DNA of 60,823 nt, the filler included, from Globobulimina sp. (Eukaryota): NCBI GenBank assembly GCA_003354225.1. It is 17 parts of 17 records of this genome, joined end to end, with 100 filler letters (N's around TTAATTAATTAA, not from the genome) between each part and the next. Parts side by side here need not be neighbours in the genome. Positions count along the whole stretch, not along the records: positions 39,433 to 42,915 come from PIVH01002690.1; positions 43,016 to 46,497 come from PIVH01002691.1; positions 46,598 to 50,079 come from PIVH01002692.1; positions 50,180 to 53,661 come from PIVH01002693.1; positions 53,762 to 57,242 come from PIVH01002694.1; 12 more parts are not named here. The stretch is one strand, 5' to 3'. Below are positions 42,496 through 54,410 of the stretch, in pieces (position 1 is the first letter of the stretch; each line of letters opens with the position of its first letter). The position numbers were made by a program, and so were the translations under genes. The notes beneath the pieces are model-generated. The model did no database searches, was not told the DNA's origin, and saw only the letters and a list, made by a program, of their open reading frames with translations.

Positions 42496-42834
42496 TTATC
42501 TTAATTTAAATTTTCCAATTATTATTCGTGTTTCATTATATCCAGGAAACATTTCAAGTATTTCTTCATCTTTAGCAAAATAATTTGAATTGAATAATAA
42601 TGGTTTCTCAATACATTCTGGCGGATTGGCATCAACATATAAACATTGATTATATTCATTAGATCCCCATAAATAATATTTGTTATCCGCTGTTTTAACA
42701 ATATTATGATAAACACCACATTTAATATCAATAATTGTTTCCTTTTTAAATATTTCATTTGGTTGTGGTAAATATACATTTGACTGTGAACCATTACCAC
42801 ATTGATACTCATCATTGTCTCCAAAACAATATAT
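42496..42834 (-). CDS. Terminal exon of an RCC1-repeat protein
   Basis: Absent from the ORF track in this frame. After an AG acceptor: IYCFGDNDEYQCGNG...IIDIKCGVYHNIVKTADNKYYLWGSNEYNQC. Confidence 0.8.
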   Translation of the reverse strand: MYCFGDNDEYQCGNGSQSNVYLPQPNEIFKKETIIDIKCGVYHNIVKTADNKYYLWGSNEYNQCLYVDANPPECIEKPLLFNSNYFAKDEEILEMFPGYNETRIIIGKFKLR

Positions 42835-43015
42835 CTTATTTATTTATTAAAATATATTTGTATATGACAGACAGACAAAACAGTATAAAAATAAACACAA
42901 CAAAAACAGATCAAANNNNNNNNNNNNNNNNNNNNNNNNNNNNNNNNNNNNNNNNNNNNTTAATTAATTAANNNNNNNNNNNNNNNNNNNNNNNNNNNNN
43001 NNNNNNNNNNNNNNN

Positions 43016-43134
43016 ATCATCCTATCCATATTCTGATTACAGTGTCATTTTATACGTATTCAATGCATTGCTGTTAGGCAATCCGCCCGTGGCTGACCCT
43101 ACAACCTGGCCCGCAAAATATGAACTAATGAAAA
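43016..43134. repeat. 119-bp exact inverted copy of the opposite end of the contig (46379-46497)
   Basis: The contig starts ATCATCCTATCC...GAACTAATGAAAA and ends with its exact reverse complement. Confidence 0.95.
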
Positions 43135-43344
43135 TCGTGACCGTATTTCTTTACTATTTATTTCAAATCCACTTCAGGATATTTTTACTTTGTACAGAAA
43201 CTGCATGTTTGCTATAGCTTTGTGTTGGAATCTATACAAAAAAGAAAAAATATGCACAAAAACGAAGTGGGAATTTATTTACAAAACAACAAAAAACACG
43301 CAAACAACAACAAAAATAATACTAATTCTGTATTTTTTAAAAAA

Positions 43345-44822
43345 TTATGGCACTTCCTCATCAGTGCTTGAATCATTATTTTCCTGTTCATTTTCATCAA
43401 CTTTAACATCCTCATTATTTGTGACTTGTTGAACTGCATTTTCATCAATCTCTTCTTGTTTATGTTTCTCATCTTCGTCTTGTTCCTGTTCCTTTTTTGT
43501 ATATTCCTCGTCAAGACCACTAAACAAATCTGCTTTCATTCTTGATGACAATCTTAATGTTGTTTTTGTTAATTGTTTGTGAAAATATGCATGTTTCTTA
43601 TAGATTTTTACATTTTTTATCCATAACCAAAGAGCTAAAAAGATAGCAGATGGCCAATTAAACATAAATGCAAATTCAAGATATGTGCCAACTGCCACAT
43701 ATCCTTCATCCCAATCATTTGAATTTGTTGCCATATAAAATGAACAAACACCAAACACAAAAAGTAATAAAACAGCAAACACTCTTTCGAAGGTACGATA
43801 TTTTTTGCGTGTAATTAAAAGGCCATCATATAAAATGCCAGTAATAAACTCCAACTTTGATCGAAATATAAATTGAGACAAATAAATTTTCACCAAACAT
43901 ATTTGTACGATCCAATACCATCCAACTGAGGCACCAACAAATATATGTACAAATTGGCTGTCTGACAGTATATGTTTGCCATATAAAGTGATAACATACC
44001 ATTCGTATGAAAAGGAACATCATTATGAACATAAATGAGATGCGATCCCAACGAATATATCTTATGGCCAGCAACAAGAATTTGAAAAGCAATGATTGTG
44101 ATATATGTCTTAGGCATATAGCCATGCGATATGACAAAAATGGAGGAAACAATACTGACACAATCCGCCAATATAAAAGTAAGACTGATTATGATCTCTT
44201 TGAAATCCACCCAGCTGATAATGATGCAAATGGCGCACACCGCAGTTGTGACAATGCAAACATGTTTGGCCACTTCAAAAGCATAAACACAGTAAAAACC
44301 GAAACATATCTCTTGCCAACAATAAATAATACCAAATGTAATCAACACAGTTAGATTTGCAGGGTACTCTGAATTATATGGTCCAAGTAATCTGAATCCA
44401 ATCAAAAATACTATTGTGATAAATAAAAAATACAGCAATTTATTTTTAAATAGTACATAACCATAGGTTTTATAATAGAAATTCTTATGGAATGTATCTG
44501 TGTTTGCATCTACATTGCCATACAATGACGATGGGTTCATAAGGGAGTCCTGCACCGCATGTGCTGGTGAAGTGGACTTAGTAGAAAGGGATTTAACTTT
44601 ATTGAACACCATCGTCGGGATATTAATTTGCATTTTCTTTCCTTTTGATTCATCTTCTTCTGTGTTATCGAGGGGCGTTTTTGTTGCATTTTCTTCAGTC
44701 ACAGTACCATTTGCTTCATCTTCCTGTATTACAGTCATTTCACTCATTTGTATCTCATTGTTTGGTGCGTCAACTATCTCTTTTTCTGCTGCGGCAGCAC
44801 CATTTGCTTCATCTTCATACAC
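43345..44822 (-). CDS. Multi-pass membrane protein split by an apparent 1-nt frameshift at ~43895
   Basis: ORFs 43890-44822 and 43345-43896 overlap by 7 nt. Adding one T to the GTTTGG run gives the continuous reading YKYVLVKIYLSQF. The start is uncertain. Confidence 0.6.
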
Positions 44823-45017
44823 AACGAGTATATCAGTATTACCCTGTATAAGTTGTGAAAAATGTACAAGATTTGTGCAAAAAACTTGAACACTTGAAAA
44901 CCCAGTGACTAATATTTAGGGTATCGAGCTGTCAGAAGTAAGTTAAGCTGAAAAACCAAACAGATTCTGCAAGAAACGGAAATATCACCATTCAGAACAC
45001 GAACAATCGACACAAGA

Positions 45018-46497
45018 TCACGTTTTTGTTTTGTTTTTATCTCGAAAACGCAGCTGAGGGCGATGCAAACGGTTTGGTTTATACAAAAACATCACACTTT
45101 TTTCACAAACCTGTTCTTGTTTATCTGTAGTATCCTGCACATCATCTACAGTCTCATCAAACTCCGTAATTTCGTGAGCTTCAAAATGGCCCACATCCCT
45201 ATCATTTCTACCATCAAAGTTCGGATTATTGCCATGGAAGCTATCACCTCCGGCAGTATCTGAGCGTAAACGCGGAGGCTGTGCAGTTTGACAGCAATCC
45301 AATCGAGTCCCCGCACGGCAACACGCCTTAATAGATTCAATCATATATAAAAACAACATCAACGCAAAAACATTCGGATACATCACCATGAACACCCACG
45401 CCATGCCACATATCGCCTGCACCGATCGCACGCCATGCTTACTATGAAACGTTTCCGCACCATAACAAATATGATAATCGTCCCAAAACAAGTCATTGCT
45501 CGAACTTTTGTACTTATGTTGATCAGAATAGCCAAACTTAGGCAAATCAAACATGCATTTAATGTCACCATTTTCATCCCGGATTTCCACAGAAACGTTT
45601 TTTATCTTTGCATCGTTAGTTTGTTGGTCATAAAACCAATCGATATTAAGCTCTCCAAAATTGCGTCCCAGCCAATTACAACCAACCACGCCATCTTCTT
45701 GCGCATAATCATCCAATCTGTAACTGAACTTTTCCAAATACGGACTCTCATAAAACATTGCATGCGTAATCCCGCTCGAAGTCACCTCGTAAAAATCATA
45801 CATTTCGCCACTGTTATTTGCATTCTTCCCATTACACTGAGCATGCATCATTTCGCTGAGGTGCACGTCGCCAGAAATTAACAAAAGTCTCTCGTTTGTA
45901 TTGTACTGCGTCAATAATTTAAACAATTTTTTTTTCGAATAGTCATATTTCCACCAACCTTCGCGAGAATTTAGCGGCGGATTATTCATAATCTGCACAG
46001 AGGATATAATAATTAGTAATTCTCCACTTAGCTTATTTTTTAATATATCCTCGAACCACTCCCATTGGACCACGCCGAGTATATCTTCCTCGCCGTCCTG
46101 TTTCGCGAAATAACGCGTATCAAACATGACAATGTCGATAGTTTTGATAAATGTCATGTCGTTGAGTTCCACGGTGGCATTCATTTGGTAGAAATCGTAA
46201 ACGCCTCTTTGGGAACGTTTTGTATCGTTTTGCGGCACTTTCAAGAAATCGAGAAACAGTGTTTGTGCGTAATCTTTATGTTTCCATGAATAGTCCGCAT
46301 TGTTTTCGCCAATGTCATGGTCATCCCACACACCAATAATTGTAGTTAGATTGGTGAGTTCTTGGTATTTCAGATTGTTTTTCATTAGTTCATATTTTGC
46401 GGGCCAGGTTGTAGGGTCAGCCACGGGCGGATTGCCTAACAGCAATGCATTGAATACGTATAAAATGACACTGTAATCAGAATATGGATAGGATGAT
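45018..46497 (-). CDS. PhoD-type alkaline phosphatase D with C-terminal TM, 5'-partial
   Basis: VWDDHD, FDTRY, ILGVVQWEW, EGW, LISGDVHLSE, EVTSSGITH and NFGEL. Confidence 0.92.
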
Positions 46498-46870
46498 NNN
46501 NNNNNNNNNNNNNNNNNNNNNNNNNNNNNNNNNNNNNNNNNTTAATTAATTAANNNNNNNNNNNNNNNNNNNNNNNNNNNNNNNNNNNNNNNNNNNNCAG
46601 GGCCAGGGCCGTTCTACCCCGCAGCCAATTGCATTGCCACCACCGCCGCCGACTCCAATGCGTCTCTGTTCATGTTATACTGTCAATTTGGCAGCCTTGA
46701 GCAAGGAACAGTGCATGGAGCACTATGGCCACTGCGGCGATTGGCGTTCCCGTTCTTACGGGATTTATGGCGCGAGCGGCCCTGGCATACGATACTTCTA
46801 CAACGAGAAGATTGGCCGAGTGAGTGAGCCATATTGATTCTGATAGCAATTCATGTAATTGTATTCAGAT

Positions 46871-48816
46871 TCATTTTGGCTTCATGCTCTTACTGGCCAT
46901 GGGTGGACACGCAAAGAAAGAAAAAGGCATTTTCAGACACCGCACCTTCTGCGAGTCCCTATGCAACGGCATCAACTCGCTGGAAAACAGCATGTTGAAC
47001 AACATATCTTTATTCTCGCACAGACTCTCATATAACTGCTCATGTTCGCTCATCCAAGTCATCAACAACAAATAGGCGTGGGCTCTCTCCTGCACTTCGA
47101 TGAACGAGCTGGTGCACAGCGGCTCCAATAAGCGGATGGTGTTCTGCACCAAGTCCATGTCCACATTGCTCAGCACCACCTTCAGCGCATTGTGGATGAA
47201 GATGCACTGTATGTTCTGCGGCAGCGACGAGATGCGGCTCTGCAACATGGCGCTCACCAAAGTCAAATGCGACTGGACAAAGGAACTGTACTCGCCCACA
47301 ATGTAGGCGCTCGCCACCAATATGTGTTGGATTTCGTTGTTTTTCTGCATCATATCATTCTCAATCAACAGCTGCTCCATTTTGCTCACGCTGAACTCGC
47401 GCACCTCGGGCACGCGGATAGTGACATCCATTAACTGGCGCGCGATGAGCAACGCGTTCATCTTACACATGCTGTTGAGGCCCGTCATATTGGTCAACAG
47501 CTGCACATACCACGCAAAGTCCCGCACGAACTCATAGTCGCTGCCGCTGCTCACATTAATAATTTGCTCCAACACATGGTCCCTGTAACTGCCGTCCGTG
47601 CCGTACAAATGGTCCGTGAGGCGCTGTATGATGATCTCCAAGTTCTTCTCGTTGACCATCGACGTAATCAAATCCAACGCGCGCATTCGAATCGTGATGT
47701 CGCTGTCATCCAAACACTGCAAGATCAGGTCCTTATGTTGCGACACTGCGCGCTTATTTTTGTCCATTATCTTATTGAGGCCCAACAAGCCCAAATATTT
47801 GAGGTTTTGGTCCTGATCCTCGACGAAGCCGCGCAACTTATCCAAACAGAGCCGAATCATGCTGCGCTGCATCGTGTGCTGCGTGGTCACCGTATTGATG
47901 CACTCATACAACAAGGACTTGGCCGGCGTGTTGCTGATGATATGGGTCAGCGGTTCCTGCAATTTGCGACCTAAGCGGGGCTCGGCGGGGATCAAAGAGC
48001 CCAACAACTTGACCAATTTGATCAGCATCCAGTTGTTGTTGCTGTTGTTTAAGAGGTCGAATAAATGCGGCAATAACGAGAGATAATTGCTGGGGTTTTT
48101 GCGCGCCAACTCGCAGATCACGTTGACGGCGGCGTTCTGGACACCGCCGTCGTCGTCTTTTAATTTGTCGCGTAAACGATCGAAAGTTAAGCGCAACGCA
48201 CGCGGGAATTTGCGAAATATGGAGTATAAGACCAAGACGGATTTCTTGCGTAAATAAGGCTTGGTGCTGTTGAGTAGTCGGGGTTTGTGCGGGTTGCAGG
48301 TGCGAAATTGCGTGGATTTATATATTTATACCTGTTCATCATAGTGTATATGTCTTCGAGTAGGGTTTCCGCCAAATATGGCGTACAGATGTTGGCCAAG
48401 CAGTTGATGGCGCAGCCGGACTCATACATGGATCCTTCCTGAATGCCAGAGGAATTTTTGAACCTTTTTTTAAATAAATGTACGGTCAATAAGATGACGT
48501 CGGTGTCGACGGTGAAGGATAATGATGCGGCTAAATAAGCGATGCGGCGATGAGAAAATAAGGGTTGGCTCATCACCTCGACGACGTTGAAATGCGCGAA
48601 GGAGATGTCGTAGCCAAGCATGTATAAATAAGTTAATTTGGAGATGGCGGCGGCTTTGGTCTCTTTATCAGTGGATTTCACTTCTTCTTTGATGTCGGAT
48701 AGACATTGGTTGATGTATTCTGATTCGGAGGTTTTATGCGACCGTAAGCCTTTGACCATATCCAATAAATTTTTACGAAATAATGATCCAATTTGTTTCT
48801 TGGCTTGAGCTGCCAT
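46871..48816 (-). CDS. AP3D1: AP-3 complex subunit delta (Adaptin_N trunk), spliced; 3' end unresolved
   Basis: LFRKNLLDMVKGLR, KLTYLYMLGYD, NVICELARKNPSNYL, NNWMLIKLVKL, EPRLGRKL, DQNLKYLGLL and EVQERA. Intron 48267-48331 joins the two ORFs in frame. Confidence 0.93.
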
Positions 48817-49044
48817 TTTGTTTTGACACTACAAAGCGTTTTTGCGAACTGAAAACTCAATGAAAGTGCAAGCCGCGCGATATAGCACTAGAAGTAGTCT
48901 GGTAATTAACTTGTACGTATCTCACAGCAAACAACGTGTACGTATCTTTAAATTACAGTGGAAGGCACAATGCGAATAATAAGAAATTAAGAGAGACAAT
49001 TTATGTGTATGTATGATGGAAACTGTTGTCTGTATAATGCTTTA

Positions 49045-49689
49045 TTAAACAGCGAGTTCAAACTGCTGTTCGTACAGTTGTTCATCTCGACAATCAAAGG
49101 GTATGTCTGTAGATTCTTCAGTGGTAAGTCTTTCTTCTGCAATCATTTCAAATATATCTTTCGAAGAAGATATATCATCGGGGTCCATTCGGTGGGAAGA
49201 TGCAGTTTTTTGTCGTTTTAGTCTATTCTTTTCGATTTGCAATCTTTCAATTTCGTTGGGTAACAGTAATGACTTTGTATCAATATTTAAACGGCTCATC
49301 CTTGCTTTTATACGATTGTCAGAGGCCCGCTTTCCGCTCATTTTCTTGACGATGTCGCCTCTCTCTTTGAGGTCCATTACGTCTTTTGCCACACTGCTTA
49401 TTTCCAATGTCTTTTTCCAATATGGTTCAATAGCTGCGACAATAAATAATATTCCACCAAACAAATACAGCGATGTTGCGCAAATACCGCATAATGCTTT
49501 GATATCCTGAGATAGAGTGTCGTTGAAATACGTGACTGCTCCAAATAACAATGAACCAAACAAGTACATAAATGAGCCGATGATTGATTTGGATGCAAAG
49601 AACATTGCACAACATTCACTTTTTAATTTTGGTGCAGTGTTATATATTGGTAATGTACCTGGCGGAACAAATAATGCTGATGCTGACAT
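49045..49689 (-). CDS. Small membrane protein with YrhK-like TM hairpin
   Basis: IGSFMYLFGSLLF...LYLFGGILFIVAA followed by a charged tail. Confidence 0.55.
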   Translation of the reverse strand: MSASALFVPPGTLPIYNTAPKLKSECCAMFFASKSIIGSFMYLFGSLLFGAVTYFNDTLSQDIKALCGICATSLYLFGGILFIVAAIEPYWKKTLEISSVAKDVMDLKERGDIVKKMSGKRASDNRIKARMSRLNIDTKSLLLPNEIERLQIEKNRLKRQKTASSHRMDPDDISSSKDIFEMIAEERLTTEESTDIPFDCRDEQLYEQQFELAV

Positions 49690-49887
49690 TAAAAATTAAG
49701 CTAGAGTTTTGTTTAACTATATAAAGTAGTATTTTATGTATTTTTAAAAACAACTTACTTTAGAACATGAAAAATTTGAAACAGTAATCGATGGCACTGT
49801 GAGGTGGCGCTATAGCAGATTATGAATTCATTATGAATTTATGAACTACGTTAGTTTTAGTTAAAACAAAGCAAGGGAGATAGCAGA

Positions 49888-50079
49888 ATGCGTCGAACAG
49901 GTTTCTCAGCATCATCTATACACGATTTTGTTGCCAAAGATGATGTTTTTATGGACAAGATATCAAAGGCATTAACTACAATTCACGAAACTTACGGCTA
50001 CAAAGCAGTTCAAGATTGCTTCCAACCCAACGAGGCCACCGGCGAAGCAGATGTCGATTTGGATGTTTTATGCGCAATG
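49888..50079 (+). CDS. Hypothetical protein, 3'-partial
   Basis: ATG-initiated frame open to the contig edge. Confidence 0.5.
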
Positions 50080-50179
50080 NNNNNNNNNNNNNNNNNNNNN
50101 NNNNNNNNNNNNNNNNNNNNNNNTTAATTAATTAANNNNNNNNNNNNNNNNNNNNNNNNNNNNNNNNNNNNNNNNNNNN

Positions 50180-50958
50180 AAATGCGTCCCTTGCTCAATA
50201 TCCATGCAATACAATTCAAAATCATCGCAATCTGTATCATCATTGGCGAGTGCATCCGGACATGATAAATTCATAAAATGTTGGTCAAAATAGCTTGTTG
50301 TGTAAATCGATATTGATCCACACGAATATCCGTTGGATTTCGCGCAGTTTAACTCGAATGAATTAATTGTTGTTGGGGCGAAAATATCGACTGAAAAACA
50401 CGAATATGCACTGAGACAATTTAATGTTAATTCAGTTGAAGCTGTTGCGATAATGTTTGCGTGATTACAACTAATGATATCTCTGCAATCTATGAATGTG
50501 TTATTTGAATGTGAGACGTTGAAAAGTGCTTCGTCGCAACTTGCTATGTCAAGACAGGAAATATTAATTTTGTTTTTTGTATTTGGTGCTAATAAATGAG
50601 AATTTTGACATGCTTGGAAACCATTACATTTTAGATTTATTGCATTTGCATTGGATGTAACGATTTGTGCTCCATTGCAGGCATCTTGTGAATCACATAT
50701 GATGTCACAAGAGCTGTTAGTTGGACATAAGATGGTAGTGTTGAGGCAAATAGATACAGCATCACATAATACTGTCAATGATGTGCTTGATAACCCATCA
50801 ATTATTGAACTTGAGCATTGTGTATTGTCTAATGATTTGCAGTCAACCAAGCAGTTTGTGTCATTATTTCTGCAAAACTGATTGTACGACAGTGTTGGCA
50901 ATATGGATGCTGCCACAATCACAATAAACGACAACTGATAAGTTAGTAGCGTTAACAT
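50180..50958 (-). CDS. Secreted Cys-rich repeat protein, 3'-partial
   Basis: Signal peptide and repeated C-x5-C...I-x-C units (e.g. CDIICDSQDAC, LNCLSAYSC). Confidence 0.75.
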
Positions 50959-51012
50959 GGTGAAAGTGAGAAAATGAAAGAAACAGTTGGATTAGAGTTA
51001 GACTAGAAAACA

Positions 51013-52380
51013 ATGGAAATAAATGAAAGCAAAAAACCAATCGGAAAAAAATCAATTATGCATTTTCGTAAAGAAAATGTTCCTATTTATGACACGTATG
51101 TTGTTGAGGGGTATATACGGATACATACAATAATATTTATACCGCAACAACTCATCGATTTGATATTATATTTTGCTCTCCGTTCTGTATCGTGGGAGAA
51201 TGTCCCAAAATCAATTAAAGAATGTTCAGTGGATCAATTATTATTTATTTTACTAAATCGTCTATTAAATGATGATAAATTCAGCAAGTTATATCTCCAT
51301 AAATTACAACAATATAAATACAAATTCACGAAATTTATGTATGAAAATGGATTTGACGGAGATAAATTGTCAAATAATACGAATACATCCAAAGAATTTG
51401 GACAAGAATTAACCACATATTTGGGAGTCGGAGCTGAGAGATCGTTGGACAAAAACATAAAAATATTCAGTTCTTTGATTGATTTTGATTTGGTGCAAAT
51501 ACGAGACTTGATTGGAAAGGATACATTCCAGGCGAATGCTGGTATATTTATATTAAAAGAAAGAGTATGGATAGGCAGAGGCAGTAAATTAGTCCGTTTT
51601 GTATTTGATTTACGTACATTTGCATTGCGTTTAGTTATCAGTCCAGACACTTCTGCTGCATTCGAATGTAAATTGCAACCAAGAATTCGATCAAAAGGAC
51701 CCAGGGCATATTTGGTTAGCTATAGAACGCAGCCAAAAAACGGCACAAATGAACACTCAGAACAGATAATGGCTGTACGTTTCTTGGTGGAGGAGGACTC
51801 ACAGTCTTTTAGAAGTTTTATACGTACGCAGAATTATTGGAAATGTTCAGGTTGTTCACAAACGGTAAATCCATCATTATCAGCATGTGCTGCATGTGGT
51901 ACATCGCGACAACCAGCAGAGACTGGACCGGTATTATTACGCTCAAACAATGAGGAATTAGCAATGTTGAACAGCAATGATTTTGGGGCATGGGTTGTTG
52001 AGTGTGCTCAAACTATGGATGCTTCAAAAACTGTTCAAAATATGATTGAATGTATACTTACAAAACAGCAATTAACTGACACAGTGTTGATGCGATGTGC
52101 AGGAAATCATGAAACATTAAAAGATTTTATACAAACAAAATTGGATTGCGATGAAGTATATTTTTTACAATATTTAACATCGCAAATAATTAATGATCAG
52201 ATGCATAATACGATAGTATTTGAAAAGTTTAATAGTAAAGAATTGGCAGATTATGTGCAAACAAAATATTATTCCTTTCAAGCATCTGCTTTTAGAAATG
52301 CTAAGGTTGATGGCAGTCAATATTGCAGCAAAAATAGCGACTATTTATTGGCGGGTTTACAAAAACACTGTGGCTTTTGA
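51013..52380 (+). CDS. Protein with RanBD/PH-like domain and RanBP2-type zinc finger
   Basis: WIGRG..VRF...LQPRIRSKGPRAY...AVRF (RanBD/PH-like). YWKCSGCSQTVNPSLSACAACGTSR (zf-RanBP). Confidence 0.65.
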   Translation: MEINESKKPIGKKSIMHFRKENVPIYDTYVVEGYIRIHTIIFIPQQLIDLILYFALRSVSWENVPKSIKECSVDQLLFILLNRLLNDDKFSKLYLHKLQQYKYKFTKFMYENGFDGDKLSNNTNTSKEFGQELTTYLGVGAERSLDKNIKIFSSLIDFDLVQIRDLIGKDTFQANAGIFILKERVWIGRGSKLVRFVFDLRTFALRLVISPDTSAAFECKLQPRIRSKGPRAYLVSYRTQPKNGTNEHSEQIMAVRFLVEEDSQSFRSFIRTQNYWKCSGCSQTVNPSLSACAACGTSRQPAETGPVLLRSNNEELAMLNSNDFGAWVVECAQTMDASKTVQNMIECILTKQQLTDTVLMRCAGNHETLKDFIQTKLDCDEVYFLQYLTSQIINDQMHNTIVFEKFNSKELADYVQTKYYSFQASAFRNAKVDGSQYCSKNSDYLLAGLQKHCGF

Positions 52381-52492
52381 GTGGAAGTGGCAAGCTCACT
52401 CATCGCGACTATTGATAAATATCCAGAAAAAACAAAAAAAACCAATTGTGGATCTTTTTCAATCATGGAGTAGCTTTTGTGACTGTTTATAA

Positions 52493-53661
52493 TTATTTTT
52501 TATGCGCAGCGCAGAACTCTTGCAATCGATCCACAACTTCAATCAATACATGTTTTGGTGGACATATAACTGCCCGAAAATGATTATCCATTTTAAAAAT
52601 CTTCCCTGGTATTACAAACACCGCTTGTTCTGCCATCAACTTCTCAAAGAACTCCCTATCATCCTTGATATCCTTTAGTTTTTCCACATGGATTTTTATC
52701 ATCATATAAAATGCAGCGTGTCCAGCAATTGCAGTCAACTCAGGAATTCTCTCATTAATCAAATCACAAAATAACTTACTTTGTGTAGAAAATGTGCAAT
52801 TTAATTCCTCCCAATATTCTGAACTTGTGCTTTGTAAAATATATTCAATCATTGATTGACAAAGTGATGAAGGACCAAAATTAATTGTTAACAAATTCGT
52901 TATTCCATTCCGAATCATTGAAAGCGTCCCATCCCAATCATCCAATACAATCCATCCAACTTTCCAGCCCGGCACCAAATAATTCTTCGCCAAACCAGAA
53001 GTTATCAATATTGGCACCGATATTCCTTCTTCTTTTTTAATATCTGAGTAAGAAATAAATGTCTTACCATTGTCATTTGGGAATATTATTTTTGAATATA
53101 TTTCATCGGAAATAATTGGTAATTTATGTCTGTCCGCAATGCGCAACACATCCAACATATTCTCCTGCGACAAAATACTGCCACATGGATTTGACGGATT
53201 ATTGGTCAATATCGCTTTCGTATTCTCATCAATTAACTGCTCCATATTAGAAACATCTATTTTCCATTGTTGTTCTGCGATAAGTTTATAATGTTTGCAG
53301 CTGAAACCATGTCGCTTCAAATTGGCTTCATATTCAGGCCACGCCGGGGATGGAATCAATATATTATGTCTTGCCTCACTTAGTAAAGTAGTAAAACATA
53401 AATCCAACGCTTGTTGACAGCCGCCAGTTAGGAATACATCATCCATTGTAATCGGAGCAGCATATTGCTTTGCTATTGCTGCTCTGGCCGTGACTAAACC
53501 ACTCGAATTGGCATAGCTGTTGATCAGATTTGGTGCGGTATATGCATTCAATACAGCATCTTTAATTGATTGGGGCGGCTCGACATATTTGCTGGGATCG
53601 CCTAATGCAAGTGATAGAAATTCCTTATCCGCTGCGATTTCATATTGTGATAAATTGTCAA
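52493..53661 (-). CDS. TAT: Tyrosine aminotransferase (class I PLP), 5'-partial
   Basis: LALGDP, DVFLTGGCQQAL, NNPSNPCGS, IISDEIY and SGLAKNYLVPGWKVGW. Confidence 0.9.
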
Positions 53662-53787
53662 NNNNNNNNNNNNNNNNNNNNNNNNNNNNNNNNNNNNNNN
53701 NNNNNTTAATTAATTAANNNNNNNNNNNNNNNNNNNNNNNNNNNNNNNNNNNNNNNNNNNNGTTCCCGATAAGATATACGCATATGA

Positions 53788-53893
53788 GTACTAATATATA
53801 TATTAGTACAGCTAATATATTTACTAAATGGTGGACCTGTCAAGGGATCATATATACTAATATATCTAATATATATATAATATTCTCCTTGAT
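53788..53893. repeat. AT-rich palindromes near contig start
   Basis: Perfect 22-bp palindrome GTACTAATATATATATTAGTAC, then a TCAAGG...CCTTGA fold-back. Confidence 0.65.
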
Positions 53894-54410
53894 TTTGTGC
53901 TGGATTTAACCATCACCATTTATTACGTCATGATTTTGTCCATTATCGATATCCAAATCAGAAACAGAAACATCCAAAACAGAAACTGATCGAAATTCAA
54001 ATGATGCTACAAAAGTAATGATTTTATAATCATATAATTAATAATTTGTTTTGTTTTTTTGAAATTTATGAATAAGAAAAACAATAATATTTGTGTGCAA
54101 GGATAGTCAGTTAACATCTGATCTGATCTGACAGTTAATTGTCAGGTCAAGAAAAATAAAACAAACAAAATTACGTAATTTAAACAACAATACGTTTTGT
54201 TTGATATATTTATTCATAACAATTTTAATTAACAGATTATAACCAAAGCGACTCATAATTTGTAACTTGTTTTAATGGCCGTATGAGTCACAATTAATCC
54301 TTGTTTTATTCTTATCATTCTCCTCATTCTCAAAATATTCTTCATCATAAATATCATCATTTATTATGTATTTTAACTGACATATTTTGGAATACATTTC
54401 TTGATATAAA

